Origin: an uncultured delta proteobacterium
GTDB taxonomy: Bacteria > Desulfobacterota > RBG-13-43-22
DNA: 64,000 nt
Assembly: GCA_963711835.1 (NCBI GenBank)
Contig: CAVQFQ010000017.1
Location: forward strand, 256,001 to 320,000
Direction of reading: 5' to 3'
Positions within the stretch are counted from its first letter, which is position 1. Each line of letters opens with the position of its first letter. This document shows, piece after piece, positions 33,456 to 43,693 of this stretch. The position numbers and the translations under genes were made by a program. The notes below the pieces were generated by a model. It did not search any database, had not been told where the DNA came from, and saw only the letters and a list, made by a program, of their open reading frames with translations.

Positions 33456-35549
33456 TGCCGGATTCGACTGGCCCAATCCAGGTCATAAAAACCTCCTGTT
33501 CCCGCATGGACCACGGCGGCTGCGGTCTGTTGGTCGAGGTGTCCGAAGGGCGGATCCAACACATAAAAGGCGATCCCAGTTCCCCCATCAGTCACGGGTA
33601 TATTTGTCCCAAGGGTCTGGCTTCGTCGGATCGGACCGGTCACCCGGATCGCTTAAGGACCCCGTTATTGAGACAGGGGGCCCGGGGGGAAGGCCGCTGG
33701 AAACCGATATCCTGGTCCGAGGCCCTGGGCCGGATGGCCGAGGCCTTAAATCGCATCCGGAAAGAATACGGCCCGCAGGCCGTGGCCTTCGCCCAGGGGG
33801 CGCCTAAAGGGCTGGAGCATTTTGTAATGATTCGCCTGGCCAATTGTCTTTGGTTCCCCGAATGTAACGGGCCCGCAGAATGTCTGCCATATGCCGCGGG
33901 AATTGGCCGGGATGATGACCGTGGGTTTTTTCCCGGTCCCCGACTATGATTCCGACACCGCGTTGATCCTGAATTGGGGCAGCAATCTGCTTAGAAGCAA
34001 TGAAGAAGGAATCATTTCCCTCCAACTGATGAAAACCCTTAAAAAGGGTGCCGATCTGATCGTCATCGATCCCCGGAAAACCCATTTGGCTGAAATTGCC
34101 CAGAGCCATCTCCAATTAAAGCCCGGGAGTGACGGGGCCCTGGCCTTAGGCCTGCTTCAGGTCATCATCCGGGAAGGGTTATATGACCGGGCCTTTGTGG
34201 AGCAATGGACCACGGGTTTTGAGGCCTTAAAGGAATGGGTTAAGGACTATACCCCGGAACGGGTGTCCGATCTCACCTGGCTTTCTCCGGATGAGATCAT
34301 GCATACCGCCTGGATCTATGCCACCTCCCGGCCGGCCCTGATCCAGTGGGGCAATGCCATTGAGCATACCGCCAACAGTTTCCAGACCTGCCGGGCCTTA
34401 TTGGCCCTGATGGCCATAACCGGCAATCTGGATAGCCCCGGGGGAAACATCATGCCCACCATGCCCCCGGTGGCCCGTCTGGCCGACTTTGTCAAGGCCC
34501 AACTCCTTCCGGATAAGGTCCAGAAAATGATCAGCCGGGTCTCGCGGATAGCGCCCAATTTCATGATCGTACCTCCTCCGCTGGTTATCCGGGCCATCCT
34601 GACCGGGCAGCCCTATCCGGTTAAGGCCATGATTACCCAGGTCACCAACCCCCTGCTGACCTACAGCGACGGCCGGCAGACCTTTGATGCCTTGAATAAA
34701 CTGGACTTTCTGGCCGTCTCGGATATCTTTATGACCCCCACAGCGGCCCTGGCTGATATCGTTCTGCCTGCGGCCACCGGCTTCGAGTTTGACGACATCG
34801 GCCATTATGGACTGGCCCATGGCTGGATTGCCGCCCGGCCGAAAATCGTGGACCCCCCGGGCGAGGCCTGGCCGGATGTTAAAATTTTATCCGAAATCGG
34901 CCGGACCCTGGGGCACGAGGAACATTTCTGGGAGGATTATCACCAGGCCTTAGACGAAGCCCTGGCCCCTTCCGGCTTGACCTATGAGCAATTTAAAGAG
35001 ATAGGATTGTTGAGAGGGGAAAGGGCCTTCAAAAAATATGAGGCCAAAGGCTTTAAAACCACTTCCAAAAAAGTGGAACTCTTTTCGGAACAACTTCGGA
35101 AATGGGGATTTGATCCCCTGCCCTCCTTTTCCGAGACCCCGGAGGTTTCCCTGGAATATCCCCTGCTGGCCACCTGCCGGAAAAACCCCTTCTTTTTTCA
35201 TTCCGCCTACAGGCAATTGAAATCCCTGCGGGCTCGATATCCCGACCCCCGGGTGGAAATGCATCCTGAAGCGGCCCGGATAGTAGGGGTGGAGGATGGC
35301 GAGTGGGTCCGGATCGTAACCTCCAAAGGAGAAATCAGACAAAGGGTGGAGATAAGCGATCGATCGGATTCCCGGGTGGTCTTTGTGGATTATGGCTGGT
35401 GGTTCCCTGAAGCCGGCCCGGAATCCTTATTTGACTGGGATCGAGCCAACGTCAATGTCCTGACCAGCAATGATGTGTTGGGCCGCGAAATGGCCACCCC
35501 CAACCTGCGGGCCTTTCCCTGCCGGGTGGAGAAGATCAGCGGGGCCTAA
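33449..35549 (+). pseudogene. Acetylene hydratase-like molybdopterin enzyme split by one frameshift at ~33844
   Basis: Removing one T from AAT-T-GTC joins IRLAN to VFGSPNVTGPQNVCHMPR; may be a sequence error. Confidence 0.75.
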
Positions 35550-35665
35550 TTTTTGAAAAGTTGTGGCACGAATGCATTATTGCCAGACCGGGGCCCGGGG
35601 GTCCGGGGTTTCCTTGCCCGGACGGCACAATAAGATAAAATGGCCAAAAAATTTGAGGGATCCTT

Positions 35666-36733
35666 ATGCGAGTAGCCATTAAAAAACGATCCAAAAAGGC
35701 CGGCCTGCCGCCGGGGACCCCCATTCATATCGGGGAGAAGAAAAGCGAAAGAACCCGGGTAACCCTTTTTGATTATGATGAGCAGCAGGTCCAGGAAAAA
35801 GAAATTGACAGCGTCGATGAGTGCCTGCTGTTTAAGGGGAGGCCGACGACGACCTGGATTAATGTGAGCGGATTGCATCAGGTGGAGACCCTGGAGCAAT
35901 TGAACGGATGTTTCGGGCTGCATCCCCTGGTTCTGGAGGATATTTTAAATACCGACCAGCGACCCAAGATGGAGGACTTCGGCGACTATGTCTATATCGT
36001 CCTGCGAATGCTTTATTTGGATAAAGAAAAGAAAAATGAAATTGTCAGCGAACAGGTCAGTATCATTCTTGGATCAACCTTTGTCCTGACCTTCCAGGAG
36101 AAGGAAGAAGATTTCTTTGAGCCTATTCGGGACCGCCTCCGCAACGGCAAGGGCCGACTGCGCAAGATGGGGCCCGATTACCTGGTCCATGCCCTGTTGG
36201 ATGCTGTGGTGGATCATTACTTCGTGGTCATGGAATCTCTGGGAGAATGGATTGAAGACCTGGAAGAGGAACTGGTCACCCGTCCGACGCCGGCCACCCT
36301 GCAGGTCCTGCATCACCTGAAGCGGGAGATGATTTTTTTACGCAAATCCGTCTGGCCCTTAAGAGAGGTGATCGCCGCTCTGGAACGGGGGGAGTCGCCG
36401 CTGGTTAAAAAAAACACCCTGGTTTATTTAAGGGATGTCTATGACCACACCATCCAGGTCATCGATACCGTAGAGACTTATCGCGACATGCTTTCCGGGA
36501 TGCTCGACATTTATCTCTCCAGTATCAGCAACCGTATGAACGAGATCATGAAGGTCCTGACCATCATCGCCACCATCTTTATTCCCCTGACCTTCGTCGT
36601 CGGATTATACGGAATGAATTTCAAATATATGCCCGAACTGGATTGGCCCTGGGGCTACCCTCTGGTCCTAATCCTGATGCTGGGCGTTACGGTCTTTATG
36701 TTATATTATTTTAGAAGAAAGAAATGGATTTAA
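35666..36733 (+). CDS. corA: Magnesium/cobalt transporter CorA
   Basis: LHPLVLED..QRPK, YGMNF, MPEL. Confidence 0.96.
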   Translation: MRVAIKKRSKKAGLPPGTPIHIGEKKSERTRVTLFDYDEQQVQEKEIDSVDECLLFKGRPTTTWINVSGLHQVETLEQLNGCFGLHPLVLEDILNTDQRPKMEDFGDYVYIVLRMLYLDKEKKNEIVSEQVSIILGSTFVLTFQEKEEDFFEPIRDRLRNGKGRLRKMGPDYLVHALLDAVVDHYFVVMESLGEWIEDLEEELVTRPTPATLQVLHHLKREMIFLRKSVWPLREVIAALERGESPLVKKNTLVYLRDVYDHTIQVIDTVETYRDMLSGMLDIYLSSISNRMNEIMKVLTIIATIFIPLTFVVGLYGMNFKYMPELDWPWGYPLVLILMLGVTVFMLYYFRRKKWI

Positions 36734-38076
36734 AGAAACAAAAAGAGGACCGGAGGCAAAAGCAGACCCCCCTATTTCTGGAAATCATCCTGGACAGCAT
36801 TACCGAGGGCGTTTTTACCATCAACCGGACCCAGGTGATTACTTCCTTTAATCGGGCCGCCGAAAGGATCACCGGATTCCCCCGGGAAAAGGCCGTTGGT
36901 AAAAAATGTTTTGAGATTTTTCAGGCCGATATCTGCCAGGGGAACTGTGCCCTGGACCGCACCCTCGGCAGCGGAAAACCGATTGTTGATCTGCCGGTAA
37001 ATATCCTGACCGCTGAAGGGAAGACGGTCCCGATCAGTATTACTACGGCGGTGCTGAAGGACGGCCGGGGAAATTGGATCGGCGGCGTGGAGACCTTCCG
37101 GGATTTATCCATGCTGGAAGCCCTGCGCAAGGAAATCAGCCAAAAATATACGGTCGGCGACATCATCGGCAAGAGCGAGGCCCTGCAACGGATTTTTAAC
37201 CTGCTCCCGGATATTGCCCGAAGCGACAGCACGATTCTGATCCAGGGGCCCAGCGGCTCCGGCAAAGAACTTCTGGCCAAGGCCATTCACCAGTTGAGCG
37301 GCCGGGAAAACAAACCCTTTGTGGCCATCAATTGCAGCGCTTTCCCCGAAACCCTGCTGGAATCGGAGCTCTTCGGCTACGTCCGCGGTGCGTTCACCGA
37401 CGCCAAAAAGGATAAGCCCGGGAAATTCGCTCTGGCTGATTCCGGCACCCTCTTCCTGGACGAGATCGGAGATCTGCCGCTGCCTTTACAGGCCAAATTG
37501 TTGCGGGTGCTCCAGGAGAAGAGCTATGAACCGCTGGGCTCCAATGTCCCCAAGCCGGTTAAAGCGCGTCTGATCTCGGCCTCCAACAAAGACCTTAAAG
37601 AAGGGGTTGCCCGGAGGACTTTTCGGGACGATCTGTATTATCGATTAAAAGTAATCCAGATCAATTTGCCTACCTTGAAAGAACGCCGGGAAGATATCCC
37701 GTTATTGATAGATCATTTTATCCGGAAGTTCAATCTCCAGCAGGGGAAGAAGATCACCCAGGTTTCCCCGAAAGTCCTGGAGATTTTAATGAATTATGAC
37801 TACCCCGGAAATATCCGGGAGTTGGAGAATATCATCGAACATGCCTTTGTCCTCTGTCATGGTTCCGTGATCCAGCCTTCGCACCTGCCTCCCGAACACC
37901 AAAGAAGTTCCGCCGAACCGAGTTTGGGCCCGGTCCTGTCGGGGAAGAAATTAAAGGATCAGGAGCAGGAACTGATTCGAAAGACCCTGGAGAAATTTCA
38001 GGGCAACCGCTCCCGAACGGCCAAAGAATTGGGGCTTCATCCTTCCACCCTCTGGCGCAAGCTGAAGCGTTTTTAA
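36724..38076 (+). CDS. PAS-domain sigma54 activator (OrpR-like)
   Basis: PAS with [21 protein letters not shown], Fis-type HTH. Confidence 0.9.
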   Translation: MDLKKQKEDRRQKQTPLFLEIILDSITEGVFTINRTQVITSFNRAAERITGFPREKAVGKKCFEIFQADICQGNCALDRTLGSGKPIVDLPVNILTAEGKTVPISITTAVLKDGRGNWIGGVETFRDLSMLEALRKEISQKYTVGDIIGKSEALQRIFNLLPDIARSDSTILIQGPSGSGKELLAKAIHQLSGRENKPFVAINCSAFPETLLESELFGYVRGAFTDAKKDKPGKFALADSGTLFLDEIGDLPLPLQAKLLRVLQEKSYEPLGSNVPKPVKARLISASNKDLKEGVARRTFRDDLYYRLKVIQINLPTLKERREDIPLLIDHFIRKFNLQQGKKITQVSPKVLEILMNYDYPGNIRELENIIEHAFVLCHGSVIQPSHLPPEHQRSSAEPSLGPVLSGKKLKDQEQELIRKTLEKFQGNRSRTAKELGLHPSTLWRKLKRF

Positions 38077-38090
38077 TCGCTCCGGTTAAT

Positions 38091-38229
38091 ATTGCAACTT
38101 GCACTCATTGCAATAGTTATTATTGCAAACCGCACTATTTCTCTCGTCTCCGGAATCCGCCCCTTTCAATCCAACAAATTTAAATAACACGATAAATTAA
38201 CCACAAGCCCGGATGGCACATTTCTTGTT
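38091..38229 (+). promoter_or_regulatory. Activator sites and sigma54 promoter of the orp-like operon
   Basis: Repeated TTGCA/TGCAA half-sites 38091-38135; TGGCAC-ATTTC-TTGT 38214-38228 with non-canonical -12. Confidence 0.6.
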
Positions 38230-38298
38230 ACTTATAAGCGTGCTTGTATTGTAAAAAGCCATGTCAAACCAATCAAAGGATGGTTTAAAGAACCGACT

Positions 38299-38646
38299 AT
38301 GCTCAAGGTGGCTATCCCTGTTTTCATAGACCGCGTTTCCCCCAGGCTGGACTGCGCCCGGAGGCTGCTGGTTCTGAAAATTGACCGGGAGCGTTTAGTG
38401 GAGAAGGCCGAACTGGATATCAGTCACTGGCAACCGGAAGAAAAGATCACCCGGCTGAATCACCTCGGGATAAATCAGATTATTTGCGGGGGCATTCGCC
38501 AACAGGACCGGGCCGGCTTAAACCGTTTTGGTATTCAGGTGGCCTCTTCCATTTATGGAGAGGTGGACAGCATCATCGGAGACTATTTGCAGGGCAGGTT
38601 AAAGGGCTGCTGCTGTCGAAATAGAAAGAGAAAAGGAAGGGAGTAA
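38299..38646 (+). CDS. NifB/NifX-family protein
   Basis: KVAIP..RVSPRLD, IICGGI. Confidence 0.8.
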   Translation: MLKVAIPVFIDRVSPRLDCARRLLVLKIDRERLVEKAELDISHWQPEEKITRLNHLGINQIICGGIRQQDRAGLNRFGIQVASSIYGEVDSIIGDYLQGRLKGCCCRNRKRKGRE

Positions 38647-38654
38647 AAACAAAA

Positions 38655-39017
38655 ATGAAACTGGCTATCAGTGCTAAAGGAAAGACTTTGGACAGTGAAA
38701 TCGATCCCCGCTTTGGGCGGTCCGGATATTTTTTGATCGTGGATTCGGATACCCTGGTTTTTGAGGCGATTGAAAACAAGCAAAACCTGCACCTGCCCCA
38801 GGGGGCGGGTATCCAGGCCTCTCAGACCGTTGTGGAAAAGGGAGCCCAGGTCCTGTTGACCGGAAATTGCGGGCCCAAGGCCTTTAAGGTCCTGCAGGCC
38901 GCCCGGGTTAAGGTGGCGGTGGGGCTTTCCGGTACGGTCCGGGAAGGGGTGGAACGTTTTAAAAAAGGTGAAATACCTTTTGCCGAGGCAGCCAATGTCG
39001 AAGGGCATTGGGGCTGA
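38655..39017 (+). CDS. NifB/NifX-family protein, Orange-protein-like
   Basis: DPRFGR, GAGIQA, TGNCGPKAF, NVEGHW. Confidence 0.88.
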   Translation: MKLAISAKGKTLDSEIDPRFGRSGYFLIVDSDTLVFEAIENKQNLHLPQGAGIQASQTVVEKGAQVLLTGNCGPKAFKVLQAARVKVAVGLSGTVREGVERFKKGEIPFAEAANVEGHWG

Positions 39018-39117
39018 GAAAATTGGTGATTGCGGATTTCGGAATGGGCAATTAACTTTTCATTGATAGGGCAATAAAGAAAAATCTTTGATGCCCTGTA
39101 GAAAACAAGGAGGAAAT

Positions 39118-39324
39118 ATGCCGAGAAAAAACGGAACAGGCCCGGCTAAACCGGGCATGGGATTTGGGGCCGGTTTCGGCCGCGGAGCAGGTAAGGGCCA
39201 AGGGATGGGTGCCGGCGGGAACTGCCTCTGCACCAAATGCGGTCACAAGATCCCCCATGGTCAAGGGATTCCCTGTAATACCCAAAAATGCCCCAAGTGC
39301 GGGGCCTTGATGACCCGGGCTTAG
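39118..39324 (+). CDS. Small Gly-rich/Cys-rich protein of orp clusters
   Basis: MPRKNGTGP..G-rich..CLCTKCG..PC..CPKCG; RBS GGAGG. Confidence 0.75.
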   Translation: MPRKNGTGPAKPGMGFGAGFGRGAGKGQGMGAGGNCLCTKCGHKIPHGQGIPCNTQKCPKCGALMTRA

Positions 39325-39384
39325 GGGGATGATCCCGATCAACTCTATTTTGGAAAACTAAGGAAAAGAGAAAGGAGCACGATT

Positions 39385-40638
39385 ATGACAGGTTGTTCTC
39401 ATGGCGGATCTCAGTCCGAAAAGCCCGACTTAAAAAACGAGGATCTGCTTATCGAAAAATCGTTAAAAAAAATCAAGCATAAACTGCTGGTGATGAGCGG
39501 CAAGGGAGGGGTCGGGAAGAGCAGTTTGGCCGTTAATCTGGCGGTCGGATTGGCGCTGAAGGGATTTGAAGTGGGTCTTATGGATGTGGATTTGCACGGT
39601 CCCAGCATCCCGCGCATGCTTGGTCTCAATAGTCTGGCGTCTATTAAACCGGAAAAGGAGGCCATCTACCCTTTGCCCTTCCAGGATAAATTAAAGGTTA
39701 TCTCTATTGAGTCCCTGATGCCGGATAAGGATTCGCCGGTGATCTGGAGGGGTCCTTTAAAAATCGGGATTATCCGCCAATTTATCGCCGATGTGGTCTG
39801 GGGGGATCTGGATTTTCTGGTCATCGACTCCCCTCCCGGAACCGGCGATGAACCCCTGACCGTGGCCCAGACCATACCCGATGCCGAGGCCATCATTGTA
39901 ACGACCCCCCAGGAGATTTCCCTGGCCGATGTCCGGAAGTCCATCAATTTCTGCCGCCAGGTGGGCATGAAAATCTTAGGCCTGATCGAAAATATGAGCG
40001 GCTACACCTGCCCGCATTGCGGCCAGGAACTGGACCTTTTCAAAAAGGGTGGCGGGAAACAAACCGCTTTTACCATGGGGGTTCCCTTTCTGGGCAGTAT
40101 CCCTGTCGATCGGCAACTCATGGAAATGAGTGATCAGGGGCAGGCCTATCTGCTCCAGGAACTGAACCCGGAAGTCCGCCAGGCTTTGGAATCGGTAATG
40201 GCGAATATCCTAACCGGCGTCACCCTAAAAAAAGAGGAACCGGTTAAGCCGGTCCAAAAGGAGGAATTACCCACCATGATCAAGGAAGAGCTACCCCTAA
40301 AGGATTTGAAAATTGCCATTCCTCTGGCCGAGGGGGTTCTTTGCAACCATTTCGGCCACTGCGAACAGTTTGCCCTGATCGACTTAAAGGGCCAGGAGAT
40401 CACCCAGAAGGAGCTGGTCACCCCGCCTCCCCATGAACCCGGATTATTGCCGCGCTGGCTGGGTGACAAAGGGGTCAACCTGATTATTGCCGGCGGTATG
40501 GGCCAGAGGGCTATTACCCTTTTTGCTGAACGGGGGATCAAGGTAATGACCGGAGCCCCGCAACTCCCGCCCGAGGAACTGGTAGGTCATTTTGTCAGCC
40601 GAACCCTGACCACGGGAGCGAATGTCTGTGATCATTAG
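39385..40638 (+). CDS. Mrp/NBP35 Fe-S carrier ATPase fused to a NifB/NifX domain
   Basis: GKGGVGKS, DSPPGTGD, ENMS..CPHC; C-terminal CNHFGHC..PHEPG. Confidence 0.92.
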   Translation: MTGCSHGGSQSEKPDLKNEDLLIEKSLKKIKHKLLVMSGKGGVGKSSLAVNLAVGLALKGFEVGLMDVDLHGPSIPRMLGLNSLASIKPEKEAIYPLPFQDKLKVISIESLMPDKDSPVIWRGPLKIGIIRQFIADVVWGDLDFLVIDSPPGTGDEPLTVAQTIPDAEAIIVTTPQEISLADVRKSINFCRQVGMKILGLIENMSGYTCPHCGQELDLFKKGGGKQTAFTMGVPFLGSIPVDRQLMEMSDQGQAYLLQELNPEVRQALESVMANILTGVTLKKEEPVKPVQKEELPTMIKEELPLKDLKIAIPLAEGVLCNHFGHCEQFALIDLKGQEITQKELVTPPPHEPGLLPRWLGDKGVNLIIAGGMGQRAITLFAERGIKVMTGAPQLPPEELVGHFVSRTLTTGANVCDH

Positions 40639-41473
40639 TATTGCCAGCGGGAAAGGGGGGACGGGGAAAACCAGTGTGGCCGTGGCCCTGGCGGCCTCTC
40701 TGAAGGGACCGGTTCAGTTGCTGGATTGTGACGTGGAAGCACCCAATGCCCATATTTTTATGAAGCCCCGGTGGGAGAAGAAAGAGACCATCTATGCCCA
40801 GGTCCCACTGGTCGATGAAGAGAAATGCACTTACTGCCGGGCCTGTTCTCAGTTGTGCCAGTTCAAGGCTATCCTGGTACTTGGAGAAACCATCCTGACT
40901 TTCCCCGAAATGTGCCATGCCTGTGGAGGCTGTTTTCTGGTCTGCGAAGCCAAGGCTTTAAGTCCGGGAGGGAAGGAACTGGGGGAGGTGGAAGAAGGCT
41001 GGTCGGGGCCCATTTATTTTGTCCAGGGCCGGTTGCGGGTTGGGGAGCCCATGTCTCCCCCGTTGATTCGTGAAGTCAAAAAGCGCATTAACGGGGATAG
41101 GGTGGCTATCCTGGATGCCCCTCCGGGAACCTCCTGCCCTGTGGTCCAGACCGTGAAAGGGTCCGACTTTACTATCCTGGTCACCGAGCCCACCCCCTTC
41201 GGGCTTTATGATTTAAAGCTGGCCGTCGGGGCCCTGGGAACCCTGGGTATTCCCTGCGGGGTGATCATCAACCGCTCCGATGTGGGGGATAAAAAGGTCC
41301 AGGCCTATCTGAAATCCGAAGGCATCCCCCTGCTGATGGAAATCCCTTTTGACCGCCGGATAGCCGAAGGCTACGCCCAGGGACGGTCACTGATTGAGGT
41401 GAAACCGGAAATGAAAAACAGTTTCCAGGAGCTCTTCCGGGAGATCAGCGTTCAGGTGGAAAGGGAGAGGTGA
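40622..41473 (+). CDS. MinD/ParA-type ATPase with inserted 2x[4Fe-4S]
   Basis: SGKGGTGKT, DCDVEAPN, two ferredoxin motifs, DAPPGTSC. Confidence 0.9.
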   Translation: MSVIISIASGKGGTGKTSVAVALAASLKGPVQLLDCDVEAPNAHIFMKPRWEKKETIYAQVPLVDEEKCTYCRACSQLCQFKAILVLGETILTFPEMCHACGGCFLVCEAKALSPGGKELGEVEEGWSGPIYFVQGRLRVGEPMSPPLIREVKKRINGDRVAILDAPPGTSCPVVQTVKGSDFTILVTEPTPFGLYDLKLAVGALGTLGIPCGVIINRSDVGDKKVQAYLKSEGIPLLMEIPFDRRIAEGYAQGRSLIEVKPEMKNSFQELFREISVQVERER

Positions 41474-41480
41474 GGGCCCT

Positions 41481-42359
41481 ATGTCCAGTAACGTCAAAGA
41501 AATAACGGTCTTGAGTGGCAAGGGAGGCACCGGCAAGACCAGCCTGGTGGGCGCCCTGGCCGCCCTGATTTCCGATAAGATCCTGGTGGACTGTGATGTC
41601 GACGCCCCGGACCTGCATCTCTTGTTGAATCCTGAGATTCAACAAAGAGAATCATTTATAGGGGGAAAGAAGGCGGTGGTGATTCCTGAGCTATGTACGG
41701 CCTGCGGCCGATGCCGCGAGGTCTGCCGCTTTGAGGCCATAGACGAAAATTACCGGGTGGATTCCACGGCCTGCGAGGGCTGCGGGGTTTGTCATCATTT
41801 TTGCCCCTTCGATGCCATTGAATTTTCGCCCACGGTTTGCGGGGAGTGGTTTGTTTCGCAAACTCGTTTTGGGCCTATGGTTCATGCCCAATTGGATCCG
41901 GGACAGGAAAATTCAGGGTTGCTGGTGGCCCTGATCCGGCAAAAGGCCCGGGATCTGGCCGAGGAGAAGGGCCTGCCCCTGATTCTGGTGGATGGGCCTC
42001 CGGGGATCGGTTGCCCGGTGATTTCCTCCCTGACCGGGGCCGATAGGGTTCTGATCGTCACCGAACCAACCCTATCCGGACTCCACGACTTGGATCGGGT
42101 GGTAGGTTTGGCCAATTATTTTAAGATCCCGGGATCGGTTTTGATAAACAAATTTGACCTGAACCGGGAGATGGCCGGTCGGATTGAAGCCTACTGCCGG
42201 GAGAAAGGCCTGGGGCTGGCCGGAAATCTGCCCTACGACCCGGCGGTAATCGAGGCCGTAGTCCATGGAAAAACCATTATGGAATGGAGCCGGAATGGCC
42301 TGGGGGCGGAAATTAAAACAATCTGGGGAAGAATTCAGGAGCACCTGCTCAAGGATTAG
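41481..42359 (+). CDS. MinD/ParA-type ATPase with inserted 2x[4Fe-4S] (paralog)
   Basis: SGKGGTGKT, DCDVDAPD, DGPPGIGC. Confidence 0.9.
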   Translation: MSSNVKEITVLSGKGGTGKTSLVGALAALISDKILVDCDVDAPDLHLLLNPEIQQRESFIGGKKAVVIPELCTACGRCREVCRFEAIDENYRVDSTACEGCGVCHHFCPFDAIEFSPTVCGEWFVSQTRFGPMVHAQLDPGQENSGLLVALIRQKARDLAEEKGLPLILVDGPPGIGCPVISSLTGADRVLIVTEPTLSGLHDLDRVVGLANYFKIPGSVLINKFDLNREMAGRIEAYCREKGLGLAGNLPYDPAVIEAVVHGKTIMEWSRNGLGAEIKTIWGRIQEHLLKD

Positions 42360-42384
42360 GCAGGCGAGCAAGGGAACAGGGGCT

Positions 42385-42545
42385 ACACCTTATGGGTGAT
42401 GCCTTTCCTGGATAATCAGTATCGGGGCATTTTCGCCACCCGGGCCCCCGGTCGTCCCAATTCCATGTGCCTATCGATTATAAGGTTGGTTTCGCTGGAA
42501 GGAGTGATTCTTCATATCTGTGGAGCCAATGACGTGGAAGTATTT
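42385..42545 (+). pseudogene. Internal fragment of TrmO/TsaA tRNA methyltransferase
   Basis: PFLD..RGIFATRAPGRPNSMCLS with both ends missing. Confidence 0.65.
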
Positions 42546-42630
42546 TCCCTTGTGAACCTAAAGCGAATTTGCTATAAGAGTATCATTTCATAGAGAATAA
42601 TTGGTCAAGAAGCCAGAACAGGAGGAAAAG

Positions 42631-43329
42631 ATGAGCGATTTGACTTTTACGCATAAAGGAAAAACCTATGAGGTGGATTCACTCCATTTCTTAGCGAACT
42701 TTAATGATTGGGATGAGAATTTTGCTGAAGGCCTGGCTGCAAAGGCAAGAATTCCTCAAGGATTGACAAAGGAGCACTGGGAAGTTATCCGTTGTATTCG
42801 CAAAGAATTTCAGGAAAAAGGGGTCTGTCCTCTTATTTATGAAACCTGCAGGATATGCAGATTAAATGTTCAAGAGATGAAAAAATTGTTCCCTACCGGG
42901 TATTGGAGAGGGGCCTGTAAATTAGCAGGCATGGGATCCGGGGTCGTTCATCTGGGTCCGGCATTTCATCCGATTAGCCTGCCGGAGACAGTGCCTTTTA
43001 TGGAGGCCTACAATAAAACCTATGAGGTGGATCTGCGGGGATTTCTGGTTAACCCTGACGATTGGGATGAATACTATGCCATCTATAGAGCCTATGAAAT
43101 GAAACTCCACGGCGGGAAACTGAGCGAAAGGCATTGGCAAGTCATCCGATTCCTTCGGGAAAGATATAAGCAAACCAAGGAAATCCCGACGATTTATGAG
43201 ACCTGTGAAGCCAATCAAATGGACTTGGATGAGATGGAGCGCTTATTTCCTGATGGCTATCATCGAAGCGCCGTTAAGCTTGCCGGCCTCCGATTAGGCG
43301 GTCCGCCCTCTAAAAAAACCCAGGGGTAA
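42631..43329 (+). CDS. Tandem DsrC/TusE-like protein
   Basis: Two repeats of YEVD..FL....W...L...HW.VI...LFP.GY....KLAG. Confidence 0.85.
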   Translation: MSDLTFTHKGKTYEVDSLHFLANFNDWDENFAEGLAAKARIPQGLTKEHWEVIRCIRKEFQEKGVCPLIYETCRICRLNVQEMKKLFPTGYWRGACKLAGMGSGVVHLGPAFHPISLPETVPFMEAYNKTYEVDLRGFLVNPDDWDEYYAIYRAYEMKLHGGKLSERHWQVIRFLRERYKQTKEIPTIYETCEANQMDLDEMERLFPDGYHRSAVKLAGLRLGGPPSKKTQG

Positions 43330-43617
43330 CGAACAGGGGAATGCAGCGGCGCGGGCGCCGTCTTTAGCGGAGATCTTCTTGACTTTATCCGGAGAGATGT
43401 TCAGCCTGAACCGGCAGAAGGAGTGGATGGTCTGGCCCTGGACATTAAGGGCCGCTACACCGGTCGGGGCCAGGACCGCCACCTGCATGGCCGTGGTCTT
43501 GCGAAAGAGGTCCAGAAGGGTGGATTTGCCTGTGCCGGCCTTGCCGGTGATGAAAACGTGCTGTTTCGTTTTTTCCATCAGGTCCAGGGCCCGGCGAAAC
43601 TGGTCGTTAATTTCTAT
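43330..43617 (-). pseudogene. Fragment of a PIF1/RecD-like helicase
   Basis: FITGKAGTGKST, APTGVAA, TIHS, then an abrupt end. Confidence 0.8.
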
Positions 43618-43693
43618 TTAAAAAAAATAAAACCATCTCTTCCCTGGCATCCTGCCCATCAACGGTACGGAATCCCGGTCCGGTGGGCTTCCG

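Noticed and set aside
43294-43578. Helicase as part of a defence system
   Set aside because: Only motifs I-Ib remain and no partner genes are present
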